A stretch of DNA of 46,757 nucleotides from an uncultured Nocardioidaceae bacterium (GCA_964385195.1 CAYLOC010000001.1:1-46757), one strand, 5' to 3'; shown: positions 36,436 to 46,753, counted from the first letter of the stretch. Numbers and translations are program-made. The notes: a model not told the origin generated them from the sequence alone.

Positions 36436-37857
36436 TTAGAGGATGGCCCCAGGGCGGTACGACGCGGCTTCCGGGTTGGCCGTGACCACGTCTTCAATCC
36501 GGTGGACGACGGCCGCGACCTGGTCGGCGGCAGCTCCGGTGAACGCCAGCGGGTCCGCGACCAGCGCATCCAGGTCGCCCCGCGTCAGCCCCAGCCGGTC
36601 ATCCGCGGCCAACCGGTCGAACAGGTCGTTGGTGTCCGCGCCCTCCTCGCGCATCCGCAGTGCGACGGCAACGGCGTGCTCACGGATCGCGCCGTGCGCG
36701 GTCTCCCGGCCCACCCCTCGGCGTACGGCGGCCATCAGGACCTTGGTCGTGGCGAGGAACGGCAGGTACCGGTCCAGCTCTCGTTGGACGACGGCGGGGT
36801 AGACGCCGAACTCGGCGAGCACGGTCAGCGTGGTCTGCAGCAGGCCGTCGGCGGCGAAGAACGCGTCCGGCAGTGCGACCCGGCGTACCACCGAGTCCGA
36901 CACATCACCCTCGTTCCACTGCGCGCCGGCCAGCTCGCTGACCATCGACAGGTGGCCGCGCAGCACGACGGCGAGTCCGTTGATCCGTTCACACGATCGG
37001 GTGTTCATCTTGTGCGGCATCGCCGATGACCCCACCTGGCCCGGCGCGAAGCCCTCGGTGACCAGCTCGTTGCCGGCCATCAGCCGTACCGTCGTCGCCA
37101 GGTCTGAGGGACCGGCGGCGCACTGCACGAGCGTGGAGACCACGTCGAAGTCCAGCGACCGTGGGTAGACCTGGCCCACGCTGGTGGCCACGCGGTCGAA
37201 GCCCAGGTGGTCGGCGATCCGCCGCTCCAGGTCAGCAAGGGACTCCGCGCCGCCGAGCAGGTCCAGCTGGTCCTGCGCGGTCCCCATCGGCCCCTTGATA
37301 CCGCGCAGCGGATACCGAGCGAGCAGGTCGTCAAGCCGCTGCAACGCGGCCAGCATCTCCTCGGCGACGGTGGCGAACCGCTTGCCGAGCGTGGTGGCCT
37401 GCGCGGCCACGTTGTGCGAGCGGCCGACCATCACCAGTGTCTGGTACTGCGTGGCCAGCTCGGCGAGGCGGGCGAGGGTGGCGACGAGGCGGACGCGGAT
37501 CGTGCGGAGCGAGTCGCGAACCTGGGTCTGCTCGACGTTCTCGGTGAGGTCGCGGCTGGTCATCCCCATATGGACGTGCTCGAACCCAGCGAGAGCGTTG
37601 AACTCCTCGATGCGGGCCTTCACGTCGTGCCGGGTGACCCGCTCCCGTGCCGCGATCGAGTCCAGGTCGACGTCGTCGATGTTCTTCTCGTACGCCGCGA
37701 CCGCCGCGGTGGGGACGTCGACGCCGAGGTCGCGCTGTGCCTTCAGTACGCCGAGCCACAGCTTGCGCTCGGCGCGGACCTTGGCCTCCGGTGACCACAG
37801 GTCACGGATCTCGGCGGAGGCGTAGCGGGCGGCGAGCACGTTGGGGATCGGCGACAC
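36436..37857 (-). CDS. purB: adenylosuccinate lyase
   Basis: Fumarate-lyase signature GSSAMPHKMNTRS. N-terminus VSPIPNVLAARYAS. Start moved to GTG 37857 (purine-rich GGGAGTAGGGGA upstream). Confidence 0.93.
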   Translation of the reverse strand: MSPIPNVLAARYASAEIRDLWSPEAKVRAERKLWLGVLKAQRDLGVDVPTAAVAAYEKNIDDVDLDSIAARERVTRHDVKARIEEFNALAGFEHVHMGMTSRDLTENVEQTQVRDSLRTIRVRLVATLARLAELATQYQTLVMVGRSHNVAAQATTLGKRFATVAEEMLAALQRLDDLLARYPLRGIKGPMGTAQDQLDLLGGAESLADLERRIADHLGFDRVATSVGQVYPRSLDFDVVSTLVQCAAGPSDLATTVRLMAGNELVTEGFAPGQVGSSAMPHKMNTRSCERINGLAVVLRGHLSMVSELAGAQWNEGDVSDSVVRRVALPDAFFAADGLLQTTLTVLAEFGVYPAVVQRELDRYLPFLATTKVLMAAVRRGVGRETAHGAIREHAVAVALRMREEGADTNDLFDRLAADDRLGLTRGDLDALVADPLAFTGAAADQVAAVVHRIEDVVTANPEAASYRPGAIL

Positions 37858-37975
37858 GTGACGATTGTCCCCTACTCCCGTGTGGGGTGGTAAGCGGTCC
37901 TGCGGCGACCGCAACCCGGTGACGACCGATCGGGGAACGACGCCCCGTCACCATCGTCCACCTGCACCCTGGCGG

Positions 37976-38009
37976 CCCTCCGCAGACAAGAACCCTCCGC
38001 AGATAAGAA
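37976..38009. repeat. tandem 17-nt direct repeat
   Basis: CCCTCCGCAGACAAGAA (37976-37992) is immediately followed by CCCTCCGCAGATAAGAA (37993-38009), with one mismatch. A looser third unit GAACCCTCGCGG lies near 38032. Confidence 0.85.
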
Positions 38010-38148
38010 GTGGGGCTGCGAGCGGCCACGTGAACCCTCGCGGTCTCTCCTCATGGCTCCCGATAGGGGTCCCCGGCTTGCGGCGACGAACGTCTTCCAA
38101 CAGTGATCCAGGCCGGTCGCCGGCGAACCCGCCGTCGTATGTCGTCGT

Positions 38149-38565
38149 TCAGCGGGACACCGGGTCGTCGGCATCATTCGATCCAGGTGCCACCTTGAGG
38201 TGTCGGTTGCGGGCGGCCATGGCCAGGTGGTCATCGAGGGTGGCCAGGGTGGACGCGGTAGTCAGGGCAGTGTCCAAGGCGCAGCAGTCGGGCAACTTCA
38301 GCCCGGTGTCCACTCGCAACGCGGCCAGTCGTAGCGGCTCACCATCGCTGTGGTCGGCAACCTGTAGTCCGATTGCGTGCAGGTCGGTAAGCATCTCTTG
38401 TCCGCGTCCTGCCCGGACGCCGCCGACGAGTACTTCGGCGAGGTTCACCGAATGGATGAGCAGCCGTTCGTCGCTGTGGTCACGCAGATACGCCGTGGCT
38501 GTCTGGTGGTGAAGGTCGCGCGGCCGTAGGTGAGCGATGACGACGCCGGCGTCGAGGGTGATCAC
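38149..38565 (-). CDS. vapC: type II toxin, PIN-domain ribonuclease VapC
   Basis: 138 aa. Acidic residues at the expected PIN positions (MITLDAG..., NLAEVL, PDCCALDTAL, LATLDDHL). ATGA overlap with the upstream small gene. Confidence 0.85.
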   Translation of the reverse strand: MITLDAGVVIAHLRPRDLHHQTATAYLRDHSDERLLIHSVNLAEVLVGGVRAGRGQEMLTDLHAIGLQVADHSDGEPLRLAALRVDTGLKLPDCCALDTALTTASTLATLDDHLAMAARNRHLKVAPGSNDADDPVSR

Positions 38566-38825
38566 TCAGGCCAGTCCCGGCGAAGCTCGGCCAGGTAGTC
38601 CTCGCCGAACACGTCGGCGTACTTGCCGCTGGTGGCGTCGATCGCGACGAGCCGGTTGTGGGCCGCCTCGGCACGCTCCCCCTGCAAAGCAGTGCTGCCG
38701 GCATGGACCAGGCGCAACAGCAGTTTGGAGCGTGATTCGTGCGGCCACCGTCGAGCCGCAAGGTCGAGCGCGTGCGCCACGTCCGGAGTTTCGGTGATCT
38801 GGTGGCGCGGTCGCGTGGTCGGCAT
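38562..38825 (-). CDS. vapB: type II antitoxin (VapB-like)
   Basis: 87-aa ORF directly upstream of vapC and overlapping it by 4 nt. The call rests mainly on position and size. Confidence 0.7.
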   Translation of the reverse strand: MPTTRPRHQITETPDVAHALDLAARRWPHESRSKLLLRLVHAGSTALQGERAEAAHNRLVAIDATSGKYADVFGEDYLAELRRDWPE

Positions 38826-38861
38826 GGCGCAAGTGTACCACTTTTAGCCTGGTGACCCACC

Positions 38862-39209
38862 TCATGGCATGACCTTTCCGCCCGCCCCATCGAGTGTGGT
38901 GCCGGTGATCCACGATGAGGAGTCCAAGGCCAGGAAGAGCGTGGCCGCAGCCACGTCGTTAGGCTGTCCGATGCGACGTAACGGAAACGCTTCGGCGAGG
39001 GCGCATCGCTGCTCTTCGGGGACCCAAGACCTCATGTGGTCGTTCTCGATCGCCGACGGCGCGAGGCAGTTGATGCGGATGCCGTCCGGTCCGTATTCGG
39101 CGGCGAGGTGCCGGCTGAACGCGATGACGCCGGCCTTGGCTGCCGGGAGGCGCTGGACCAGATCGAGCAGGGGCTCGCCGGGTACGGCGCGGGACCCACG
39201 TGAGCGTCG
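38862..39209 (-). pseudogene. remnant (C-terminal ~100 codons) of a short-chain dehydrogenase/reductase gene
   Basis: My own translation of the minus strand is open for 115 codons with no start: ...LPAAKAGVIAFSRHLAAEYGPDGIRINCLAPSAIENDHM...PLRRIGQPNDVAAATLFLALDSSSWITGTTLDGAGGKVMP*. This is the SDR region from the YxxxK helix to the C-terminus. The Rossmann fold is missing and the catalytic Tyr position is Leu. Confidence 0.6.
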
Positions 39210-41453
39210 TCAGCGAGCCTGACCACCTGCCGTGACGGGCACGCGCTCGTCGCCCTCGGCCGCTTCGTCTGCTGCGGCCGGTCCCGGACGCTGCAAGGCC
39301 TTACCCTCCACGTCCACGTGGGGCAGGACCCGCGCGAACCATCGCGGCAGCCACCAGGCGCCCCGCCCGGCGAGCACCAGCACCGCCGGCATGATGACCA
39401 TCCGCACGATGAACGCGTCGGCGAGTACGCCGACCGAGAGCGTGACCGCGATCGAGCCGACCATGGGGTTGGCGCTGCCGATGAACCCGGCGAAGACCGC
39501 GGCCATGATCGTCGCCGCGGCGACGACCACCGGCGCGGACCGACGGAAGCCGTCCACCACCGCCTGGGTGGCGTCGGCGCCGTGGACGTAGGCCTCCCGC
39601 ATCCGCGAGACGAGGAACACCTGGTAGTCCATCGCCAGGCCGAACAGGATGCCCACGGTGATGATCGGCAGCAGGCTCATCAGCGGTGCGGGCTGCGCCA
39701 CTCCGAACACGCTCGCCAGCCAGCCCCACTGGTACGTCGCGACCGCGGCACCCAGCCCGGCGCCGTACGACAGCAGGAACCCGATGGTTGCCAGCACCGG
39801 CACGAACAGCGAGCGGAACATCCACAGCAGCAACACCAGTGCCAGGCCGACGATCAACGCCAGGTAGACCGGCAGTGCGTCGGAGAGCTTGTGGTCGACG
39901 TCGACGTTGACCGCGGTGTGACCGGTGACGGCGACCTCCGCTCCGCCCACCTCTGACGGGTCATCGGTGGCGGCGCGGATTGCCGAGACCAGTTCGGTGG
40001 TCTGCGGGTCGGTCGGACCGCTCGCGGGGATCACGGTCACCAGCGCCGCGCTCCCGTCCGGGTTTGCCTGCGGCGGCGTGACCATGGCGACGTCGTCCAT
40101 GCCGGACACGGTGCGCGAGACCTGTTGTGCGGCGTCCCGGGCGTTGTCACCTTGCACGAGCAGCAGGAGCGGCCCGTTCGCGCCGGGGCCGAACCCGTCG
40201 CTGATCAGGTCGTAGGCCTGCCGCTCCGATGTGGCAGGAGCCGCGTCGCCGCTGGTCGGCAGGGCGGTCTGCAGGCTCGCAACCGGAACCGCCAGCGCCA
40301 CCAGCGCCGCGACGGCAGCACCGAGCGACAGCAATGGGTGGGATGAGACGCCGCCGGCCCATCGCGCCAGGAGGCCGGGACGGGTACGCCGACCGGTCCG
40401 GCTGCGGTGCCGGACGGTGGCTGCCCGGCGCTCCGTGCGGCCGAGCACGCGGTGACCGAGGGTCCGGAGCAGCGCCGGGACGAGCGTCAGCGCCACCAGG
40501 ACGGCGACCACCACCGTCCCGGACGCGGCCAGACCCATCTGGGTCAGGAACGGGATGCCGACCACGGACAAGCCTGCCAGGGCGAGGACGACCGTCGTAC
40601 CTGCGAACACCACCGCGGATCCTGCGGTGGCCACCGCTCTTCCCGCAGCTTCGGTGGGCACGTACCCGTCGCGCAGCTCGGAGCGGAACCGGGCGAAGAT
40701 GAACAGCGCGTAGTCGATGCCGACGGCCAGCCCCAGCATGACGGCGAGGATCGAGGTCGTCGACTGCAGGTCCAAGAACCCGGTCAGTGTGGTGATCGTG
40801 GCCGCTCCGATACCGACGCCGATCCCGGCGGTGAGGATGTTCGCACCGGCCGCCACCAGCGAGCCGTAGGTGAGCAGCAGGACGCCGAACGCGATGGCGA
40901 CGCCGACGAGCTCGGTGGGGCCGAGGACGTCCGGTGCCTGCTGCAGCGCGGAACCACCGACTTCCGTGCGCAGCCCGTCGGCGCCCGTGTCCGCGGCGAT
41001 GTCGTGGAGCGCGTCGATGGCCTGCGGGCTTACCGCTCCCTCCCCTGCGGAGAACGTCACCGTGGCCAGGCCGATGCGATGGTTGGGCGAGACCCGCGGT
41101 GCCTGCGGGTCGAGCGGGTCGGCGACGGAAACGACCCCGTGGACGTCCTCCAGTCGCTGCACTGCTTGTTGGACCAGCGCCGCGTTCTCCGGGTCGGTGA
41201 GCGACTCACCGGTCGGTGCCTGGAACACGACCTTGGCCTCGGCACCGGAGGCCGCCATGCTCGGGAACTCCTGGTCCAGTTGCTGCAGGGCCCGGGTGGA
41301 CTCCACCCCCGGGATCGAGAAGCTGTCCTTGGTCGGGCCGGAGAGGGTGGCGGCGCCGCCGGCGGCCAGGGCGAGCAGCACCACCCAGGCGGCGACGGTG
41401 ACGAACCGGTACCGTGCGCAGAACCGGCCGAGCCGGTACAGCAGCTGTGCCAT
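39210..41453 (-). CDS. MMPL-family (RND superfamily) membrane transporter
   Basis: 747 aa, two-halves architecture with ARFRSELRDG and LVSRMREAYVHG motifs. The start ATG overlaps the TetR stop by 1 nt. Confidence 0.9.
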   Translation of the reverse strand: MAQLLYRLGRFCARYRFVTVAAWVVLLALAAGGAATLSGPTKDSFSIPGVESTRALQQLDQEFPSMAASGAEAKVVFQAPTGESLTDPENAALVQQAVQRLEDVHGVVSVADPLDPQAPRVSPNHRIGLATVTFSAGEGAVSPQAIDALHDIAADTGADGLRTEVGGSALQQAPDVLGPTELVGVAIAFGVLLLTYGSLVAAGANILTAGIGVGIGAATITTLTGFLDLQSTTSILAVMLGLAVGIDYALFIFARFRSELRDGYVPTEAAGRAVATAGSAVVFAGTTVVLALAGLSVVGIPFLTQMGLAASGTVVVAVLVALTLVPALLRTLGHRVLGRTERRAATVRHRSRTGRRTRPGLLARWAGGVSSHPLLSLGAAVAALVALAVPVASLQTALPTSGDAAPATSERQAYDLISDGFGPGANGPLLLLVQGDNARDAAQQVSRTVSGMDDVAMVTPPQANPDGSAALVTVIPASGPTDPQTTELVSAIRAATDDPSEVGGAEVAVTGHTAVNVDVDHKLSDALPVYLALIVGLALVLLLWMFRSLFVPVLATIGFLLSYGAGLGAAVATYQWGWLASVFGVAQPAPLMSLLPIITVGILFGLAMDYQVFLVSRMREAYVHGADATQAVVDGFRRSAPVVVAAATIMAAVFAGFIGSANPMVGSIAVTLSVGVLADAFIVRMVIMPAVLVLAGRGAWWLPRWFARVLPHVDVEGKALQRPGPAAADEAAEGDERVPVTAGGQAR

Positions 41454-42022
41454 CAGCGGTCTCCTTCGGAGGTGGTGGGCAAGACGATGGTGCGTGCGAG
41501 CTCCCGGGCGACGGCCGCCCGCTGGTCACGGGAGAGGCCCTTGTCCTCAAGGAGGGCCGCGTTGACGATCAGGTAGAACCCGAGTCCGATACGCAGGCGC
41601 TCCTCAGGGGAGGCGTCCTCGAAGCCGATGATGCTCTCGAACCGCTTGATCCGTGCGGCCAGCGGGGCAGGGGCCTGGTCGATGGTGTGTGGCTGGGTGG
41701 ATTCGAAGAACAGTCGCGCCAGCCCCGGGTTGTCCATGGCGAGTCCGGTGATGCGGTCGATCAGCACCGTGTTCCGTCGGGTGCCCCGCGGCTCTTCCTC
41801 GGCCTCGTCCAAGACGATGTCGAACGCGCAGGTGATCGCATCGACGGCCGCCTCGTACAGCGCCTCCTTGGAGCCGAACCGGTGCAGCAGACCGGTCTTG
41901 GAGTACCCCTCGGCGTCGGCGATCTGTTGCACCGACGTCCGCGACAAGCCCTGGATCGCGAACAGCCGGGCTGCGGTGTCGATGATGGCCCGGTCGATCT
42001 CCTCGTCACTGGGACGTGCCAC
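41453..42022 (-). CDS. TetR-family transcriptional regulator
   Basis: HTH TSVQQIADAEGYSKTGLLHRFGSKEALY. Start moved to GTG 42022, preceded by AAGGAGAGGAGAA. Confidence 0.9.
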   Translation of the reverse strand: MARPSDEEIDRAIIDTAARLFAIQGLSRTSVQQIADAEGYSKTGLLHRFGSKEALYEAAVDAITCAFDIVLDEAEEEPRGTRRNTVLIDRITGLAMDNPGLARLFFESTQPHTIDQAPAPLAARIKRFESIIGFEDASPEERLRIGLGFYLIVNAALLEDKGLSRDQRAAVARELARTIVLPTTSEGDR

Positions 42023-42041
42023 GGGTTCTCCTCTCCTTGTC

Positions 42042-42080
42042 AGGGACCAGTTTGGTCCGCCACCGACCAATATGGTCCCT
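42042..42080. promoter_or_regulatory. putative TetR operator: two adjacent palindromes
   Basis: GGACCA-GTT-TGGTCC (42044-42058) and GACCA-ATA-TGGTC (42065-42077), centres 20 bp apart. Together they form a larger 14/16 inverted repeat, AGGGACCAGTTTGGTC / GACCAATATGGTCCCT. Located 20-58 nt upstream of the TetR start. Confidence 0.5.
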
Positions 42081-42162
42081 GGCGAGAGGCCATGCAAGCC
42101 CAGGCGACGTGATGCTGGTCTCAGTCGGTCCGGAGCGCGCGGGATGCGTCGTGAGGACGCCG

Positions 42163-43401
42163 TTAGAACGCGGCGATGTCGGTGCGGTACTGCGCGCCGT
42201 CGAAGTGGATCCGCTCCACACCGGCGTACGCCGAGGCGCGGGCGGCCGCGATCGACGCACCGGTCGCGGTCACGGCAAGCACCCGGCCGCCCGCGGTGAG
42301 GAGTCCGTGTGCGCCGCGCGCTGTCCCCGCTTGGTCCACCTCGACCGCCGGGAGTGCCTCAGCCGCCGCGATACCGGAGACGAGGTCCCCGGTACGGGGG
42401 CCGGCCGGGTAGCCGGCGCTGGCCATCACGACCGTGACCGCCGCGCCGGGCTCCCAGCGCAGGGACGACGGACCGGCTCCGGCCAGATCACCGGTGGCGG
42501 CGACGGACAACAGTTCACCGAGGGGGGTGTCCAGCAGTTCCACCAGCGCCTGGGTCTCGGGGTCGCCGAACCGGGCGTTGAACTCCACCACTTTCGGGCC
42601 CGCGGAGGTGAGGGCCAATCCGGCGTAGAGCAGACCGGCGTACGGGGTGCCCCGGCGCGCGAGCTCGTCGACGCACGGCTGCAGGATTCGCTCCCGGACC
42701 TCATCGACGAGCCCGTCCGGTGCCCAGGGCAGCGGGGAGTAGGCACCCATTCCGCCGGTGTTGGGTCCGTCGCCGCCGTCGCGGAGCCGCTTGAAGTCCT
42801 GTGCCGGCTGCATCGGCAGGACGGTCCGGCCGTCGCAGACGGCGAACAGCGACACCTCGGGGCCGTCGAGGAACTCCTCCACCACCACGCAGTCGCACCC
42901 GCCGGCATGCTCGAGCGCGCGTTCCCTGTCGTCGGTGACCACGACGCCCTTGCCGCCGGCCAGACCGTCGTTCTTCACCACGTACGGTGGGCCGATCTGC
43001 TCCAGCGCCGCAGTGGTCTCCGCCGCGGACCTGCAGACCCGGCACCCGGCGGTCGAGATCCCCGCGGCGGCCATCACGTCTTTGGCGAAGGACTTGGAGC
43101 CCTCGATCCGTGCGGCCGCGGCACTCGGGCCGAAACAGGCGATCCCGACATCGCGGACCGCGTCGGCCACCCCGGCCACCAGTGGCGCCTCCGGCCCGAT
43201 CACCACCAGGTCGGCGCCGACCCGCTTGGCCAGGGTCGCCACGTCGTTCCCGTCGAGCGCGTTGACGTCGTGCAGCGTCGCCAGCTCGCCGATTCCGGGG
43301 TTGCCGCAGGCGGCGTGCACCTGGTCGACGGCGGGGTCGCGGCTCAGCCCGCGGACCAGTGCGTGCTCCCGGCCGCCGTTGCCGATCACCAGGGTCTTCA
43401 C
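42163..43401 (-). CDS. purD: phosphoribosylamine-glycine ligase
   Basis: VKTLVIGNGGREHALV N-terminus and ATP-grasp core. Start moved to GTG 43401. The track ORF extension runs through the purA terminator hairpin. Confidence 0.93.
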   Translation of the reverse strand: MKTLVIGNGGREHALVRGLSRDPAVDQVHAACGNPGIGELATLHDVNALDGNDVATLAKRVGADLVVIGPEAPLVAGVADAVRDVGIACFGPSAAAARIEGSKSFAKDVMAAAGISTAGCRVCRSAAETTAALEQIGPPYVVKNDGLAGGKGVVVTDDRERALEHAGGCDCVVVEEFLDGPEVSLFAVCDGRTVLPMQPAQDFKRLRDGGDGPNTGGMGAYSPLPWAPDGLVDEVRERILQPCVDELARRGTPYAGLLYAGLALTSAGPKVVEFNARFGDPETQALVELLDTPLGELLSVAATGDLAGAGPSSLRWEPGAAVTVVMASAGYPAGPRTGDLVSGIAAAEALPAVEVDQAGTARGAHGLLTAGGRVLAVTATGASIAAARASAYAGVERIHFDGAQYRTDIAAF

Positions 43402-43425
43402 GGGGCCTGACCCTACCGGCCCGCC

Positions 43426-43475
43426 GCAACGTCCTGCACCCCGCGCGCGGTACGCGGCGGGGTGCAGGACGTTGC
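43426..43475 (-). terminator. strong hairpin between purA and purD (19-bp perfect stem)
   Basis: GCAACGTCCTGCACCCCGC - 12 nt - GCGGGGTGCAGGACGTTGC. Lies 9 nt after the purA stop and 24 nt before the purD GTG. No U tract. Confidence 0.5.
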
Positions 43476-43484
43476 GTGGGGCGG

Positions 43485-44777
<1,293 letters not shown>

Positions 44778-44811
44778 CTATCGGCAGCCCGCACGAGCCA
44801 GGGCCGGGCCG

Positions 44812-45702
44812 TCAGCGCGGTACCGGCGCCAGCAGTTCCCACGCCCCCGGAAGCACCCGCCACTCCCGTTCCCGGACGGGCTCGCCGATGTCCCCGTCGG
44901 TGTTACAGCGCAGCGTCTCGGTACTGCTGACCCGGACCCGGCGGGCAAGCACCCGGCGTACGTCGTGCCGCTCGTCATGAGTACCGCGCCGCAGGTGCAC
45001 GGCGTACAGCAACCGATCCTTGCGGGGCACCGCGAACGACACGATGACGTCCCCCCGGCCGTCGGACACGTCTGCGTCGGGAGCCAGCTCGGTGCCGCCT
45101 CCGATACTGGGGCCGTTGGCGAACCCGAACTGCAGCACCCGCCGGTCGCCATCGGCCAGCACCTGCCCGTCGGCCTCCACCCGCAGGTGGACTCCGGTGG
45201 AGCGCAGGCCGGCGATGACGGCACTCACCGGATATCCCAGCCGGCCGAGGTACGGCTTCCACGCCTCGGCGTCGGCACCAGCCTCGGCCCCGACTCCGAC
45301 GTGAACGGCGTTGACCACGACCTGGTCCTCGGAGTCGACGATCAGGTCGACGGGGCGCCGGTGGCCCTGCACGACAACGGCGGCCGCCGCTTCGGGGTCG
45401 GCAGGGATCCCGACCCCTCGAGCGAAGTCGTTGCCGGTGCCGAGGGGGATGAGCCCGATCGGACCGCGGTCCAGTCGCTGGAGCCGGTACAGCGCCGAGA
45501 CCACCGCGTGCAGGCTGCCGTCACCGCCGGCGACGACCACCGGGCCGCTGCCCTCGCGGAGCAGGTCGTCGAGGTCGTCCGGGGCAACGTTCTGCTCATG
45601 GCGTACGTCGATATCGCGCTCCAGCACCGCCCGCGCGGCCTCGATGGTGGCCATCGTGTGCGTGCCCGCTTCGGCGTTGCTCACCAGGAGGGTCGGTGAC
45701 AC
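44812..45702 (-). CDS. diacylglycerol/lipid kinase family protein (DAGK catalytic domain)
   Basis: Motifs VVAGGDGSLHAVVSAL and LIPLGTGNDFARGVG. Confidence 0.85.
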   Translation of the reverse strand: MSPTLLVSNAEAGTHTMATIEAARAVLERDIDVRHEQNVAPDDLDDLLREGSGPVVVAGGDGSLHAVVSALYRLQRLDRGPIGLIPLGTGNDFARGVGIPADPEAAAAVVVQGHRRPVDLIVDSEDQVVVNAVHVGVGAEAGADAEAWKPYLGRLGYPVSAVIAGLRSTGVHLRVEADGQVLADGDRRVLQFGFANGPSIGGGTELAPDADVSDGRGDVIVSFAVPRKDRLLYAVHLRRGTHDERHDVRRVLARRVRVSSTETLRCNTDGDIGEPVREREWRVLPGAWELLAPVPR

Positions 45703-45763
45703 GACAGTCAGCGTACGGGCTGCAGAGGCTGTCCGCCGGTCATGCGCTGGACCGCTGCTCCGG

Positions 45764-46753
45764 TCAAAGCCAGCCCCGCCGTACCGCCTCCGCTCCGGCC
45801 TCGAAACGGGAGTCCGCGCCGAGCTCGCGCATCAGCTCGGCAACCCGCCGACGGACCGTGCGCAGCGACAGCCCGGTGACGCGTGCGATCACGTCGTCCT
45901 TCACCCCACGCCCCAGCAGTTCAACCAGCTGGTGTCGTTCGCGGTCTCCTGGCTCGGGGGTGCCCCAGCCGCGCACGCTCACCGCGTGGCTCCACGCGTT
46001 CTCGAACAACGTGCGGCAGATCTCGACCACGGCCTGCTGCCGGATCACCAGCAGGTTGCGCGCCACCGCTCCCCACAGCTCGGGGACCACCACCGCGGTC
46101 CCGAACACCGACATCCGGCTCGGCACCTCCTTCAGGACCCGCACCTCCTCCCCGGCGGACGCCCGCTGCTGCGCGGCCGCGGAGTACCCGTCCAGGATGT
46201 GGTGCGGGTACAGGGCGCGGGACGGGCGGCCGGAGGCCAGTTCGGCGATCACCACATCGTCCATCTCGCGGCCACTGGGCAGCCGCCACTGGTCCGGACG
46301 GAAGAACAGCATCTCGCCGCTGGTCTCCCGCACCAGCCGGCGCATGGTGTGCAACACCTCCGTGGGCTCGATGACCTGGAACGACACGGGGTTGTGGTCG
46401 TGGCTCTGCCCCGCCAGGTGCTCGGCCACGTAACTGTGCAGCTCAAGCCGGGCAACAGCGAGCGCGTCCTCGGCCTGGATGAGTCGCTGGGACTCCGCGG
46501 TGAGCAGCCGCCCCAAGGTCCGCTCGGGCGGCTCGGCCCAGACTTCCTCGCCTGATCGGCGTACCAGCCCGACGGCGGCGAGGTCGATGAGGTCGGCCTC
46601 GACCTCCGCGTACGGCCGGCCGGACCGGTCCACGATCGTGCGCAGCCGCTCGCCCGGGGCACGTAGGACAATGCGGTACAGGCGTTCGGCCCGTGCAGAG
46701 ATCCCCAGCGCCGCGAGCGGTCCCCCCGGCTCTTCGATCAATTCTGCGTCCAT
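45764..46753 (-). CDS. LuxR-family transcriptional regulator with N-terminal winged-helix (TrmB-like) region
   Basis: C-terminal LuxR-type HTH DDVIARVTGLSLRTVRRRVAELMRELG. ATG 46753 lies 4 nt from the window edge and the frame is open to the edge, so the gene may be 5-prime partial. Confidence 0.7.
   Translation of the reverse strand: MDAELIEEPGGPLAALGISARAERLYRIVLRAPGERLRTIVDRSGRPYAEVEADLIDLAAVGLVRRSGEEVWAEPPERTLGRLLTAESQRLIQAEDALAVARLELHSYVAEHLAGQSHDHNPVSFQVIEPTEVLHTMRRLVRETSGEMLFFRPDQWRLPSGREMDDVVIAELASGRPSRALYPHHILDGYSAAAQQRASAGEEVRVLKEVPSRMSVFGTAVVVPELWGAVARNLLVIRQQAVVEICRTLFENAWSHAVSVRGWGTPEPGDRERHQLVELLGRGVKDDVIARVTGLSLRTVRRRVAELMRELGADSRFEAGAEAVRRGWL

Noticed and set aside
38869-39222. 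117-aa plus-strand ORF between vapB and the second MMPL gene
   Set aside because: It is antisense to the SDR remnant, whose minus-strand translation has unmistakable SDR motifs. The plus-strand translation has none.
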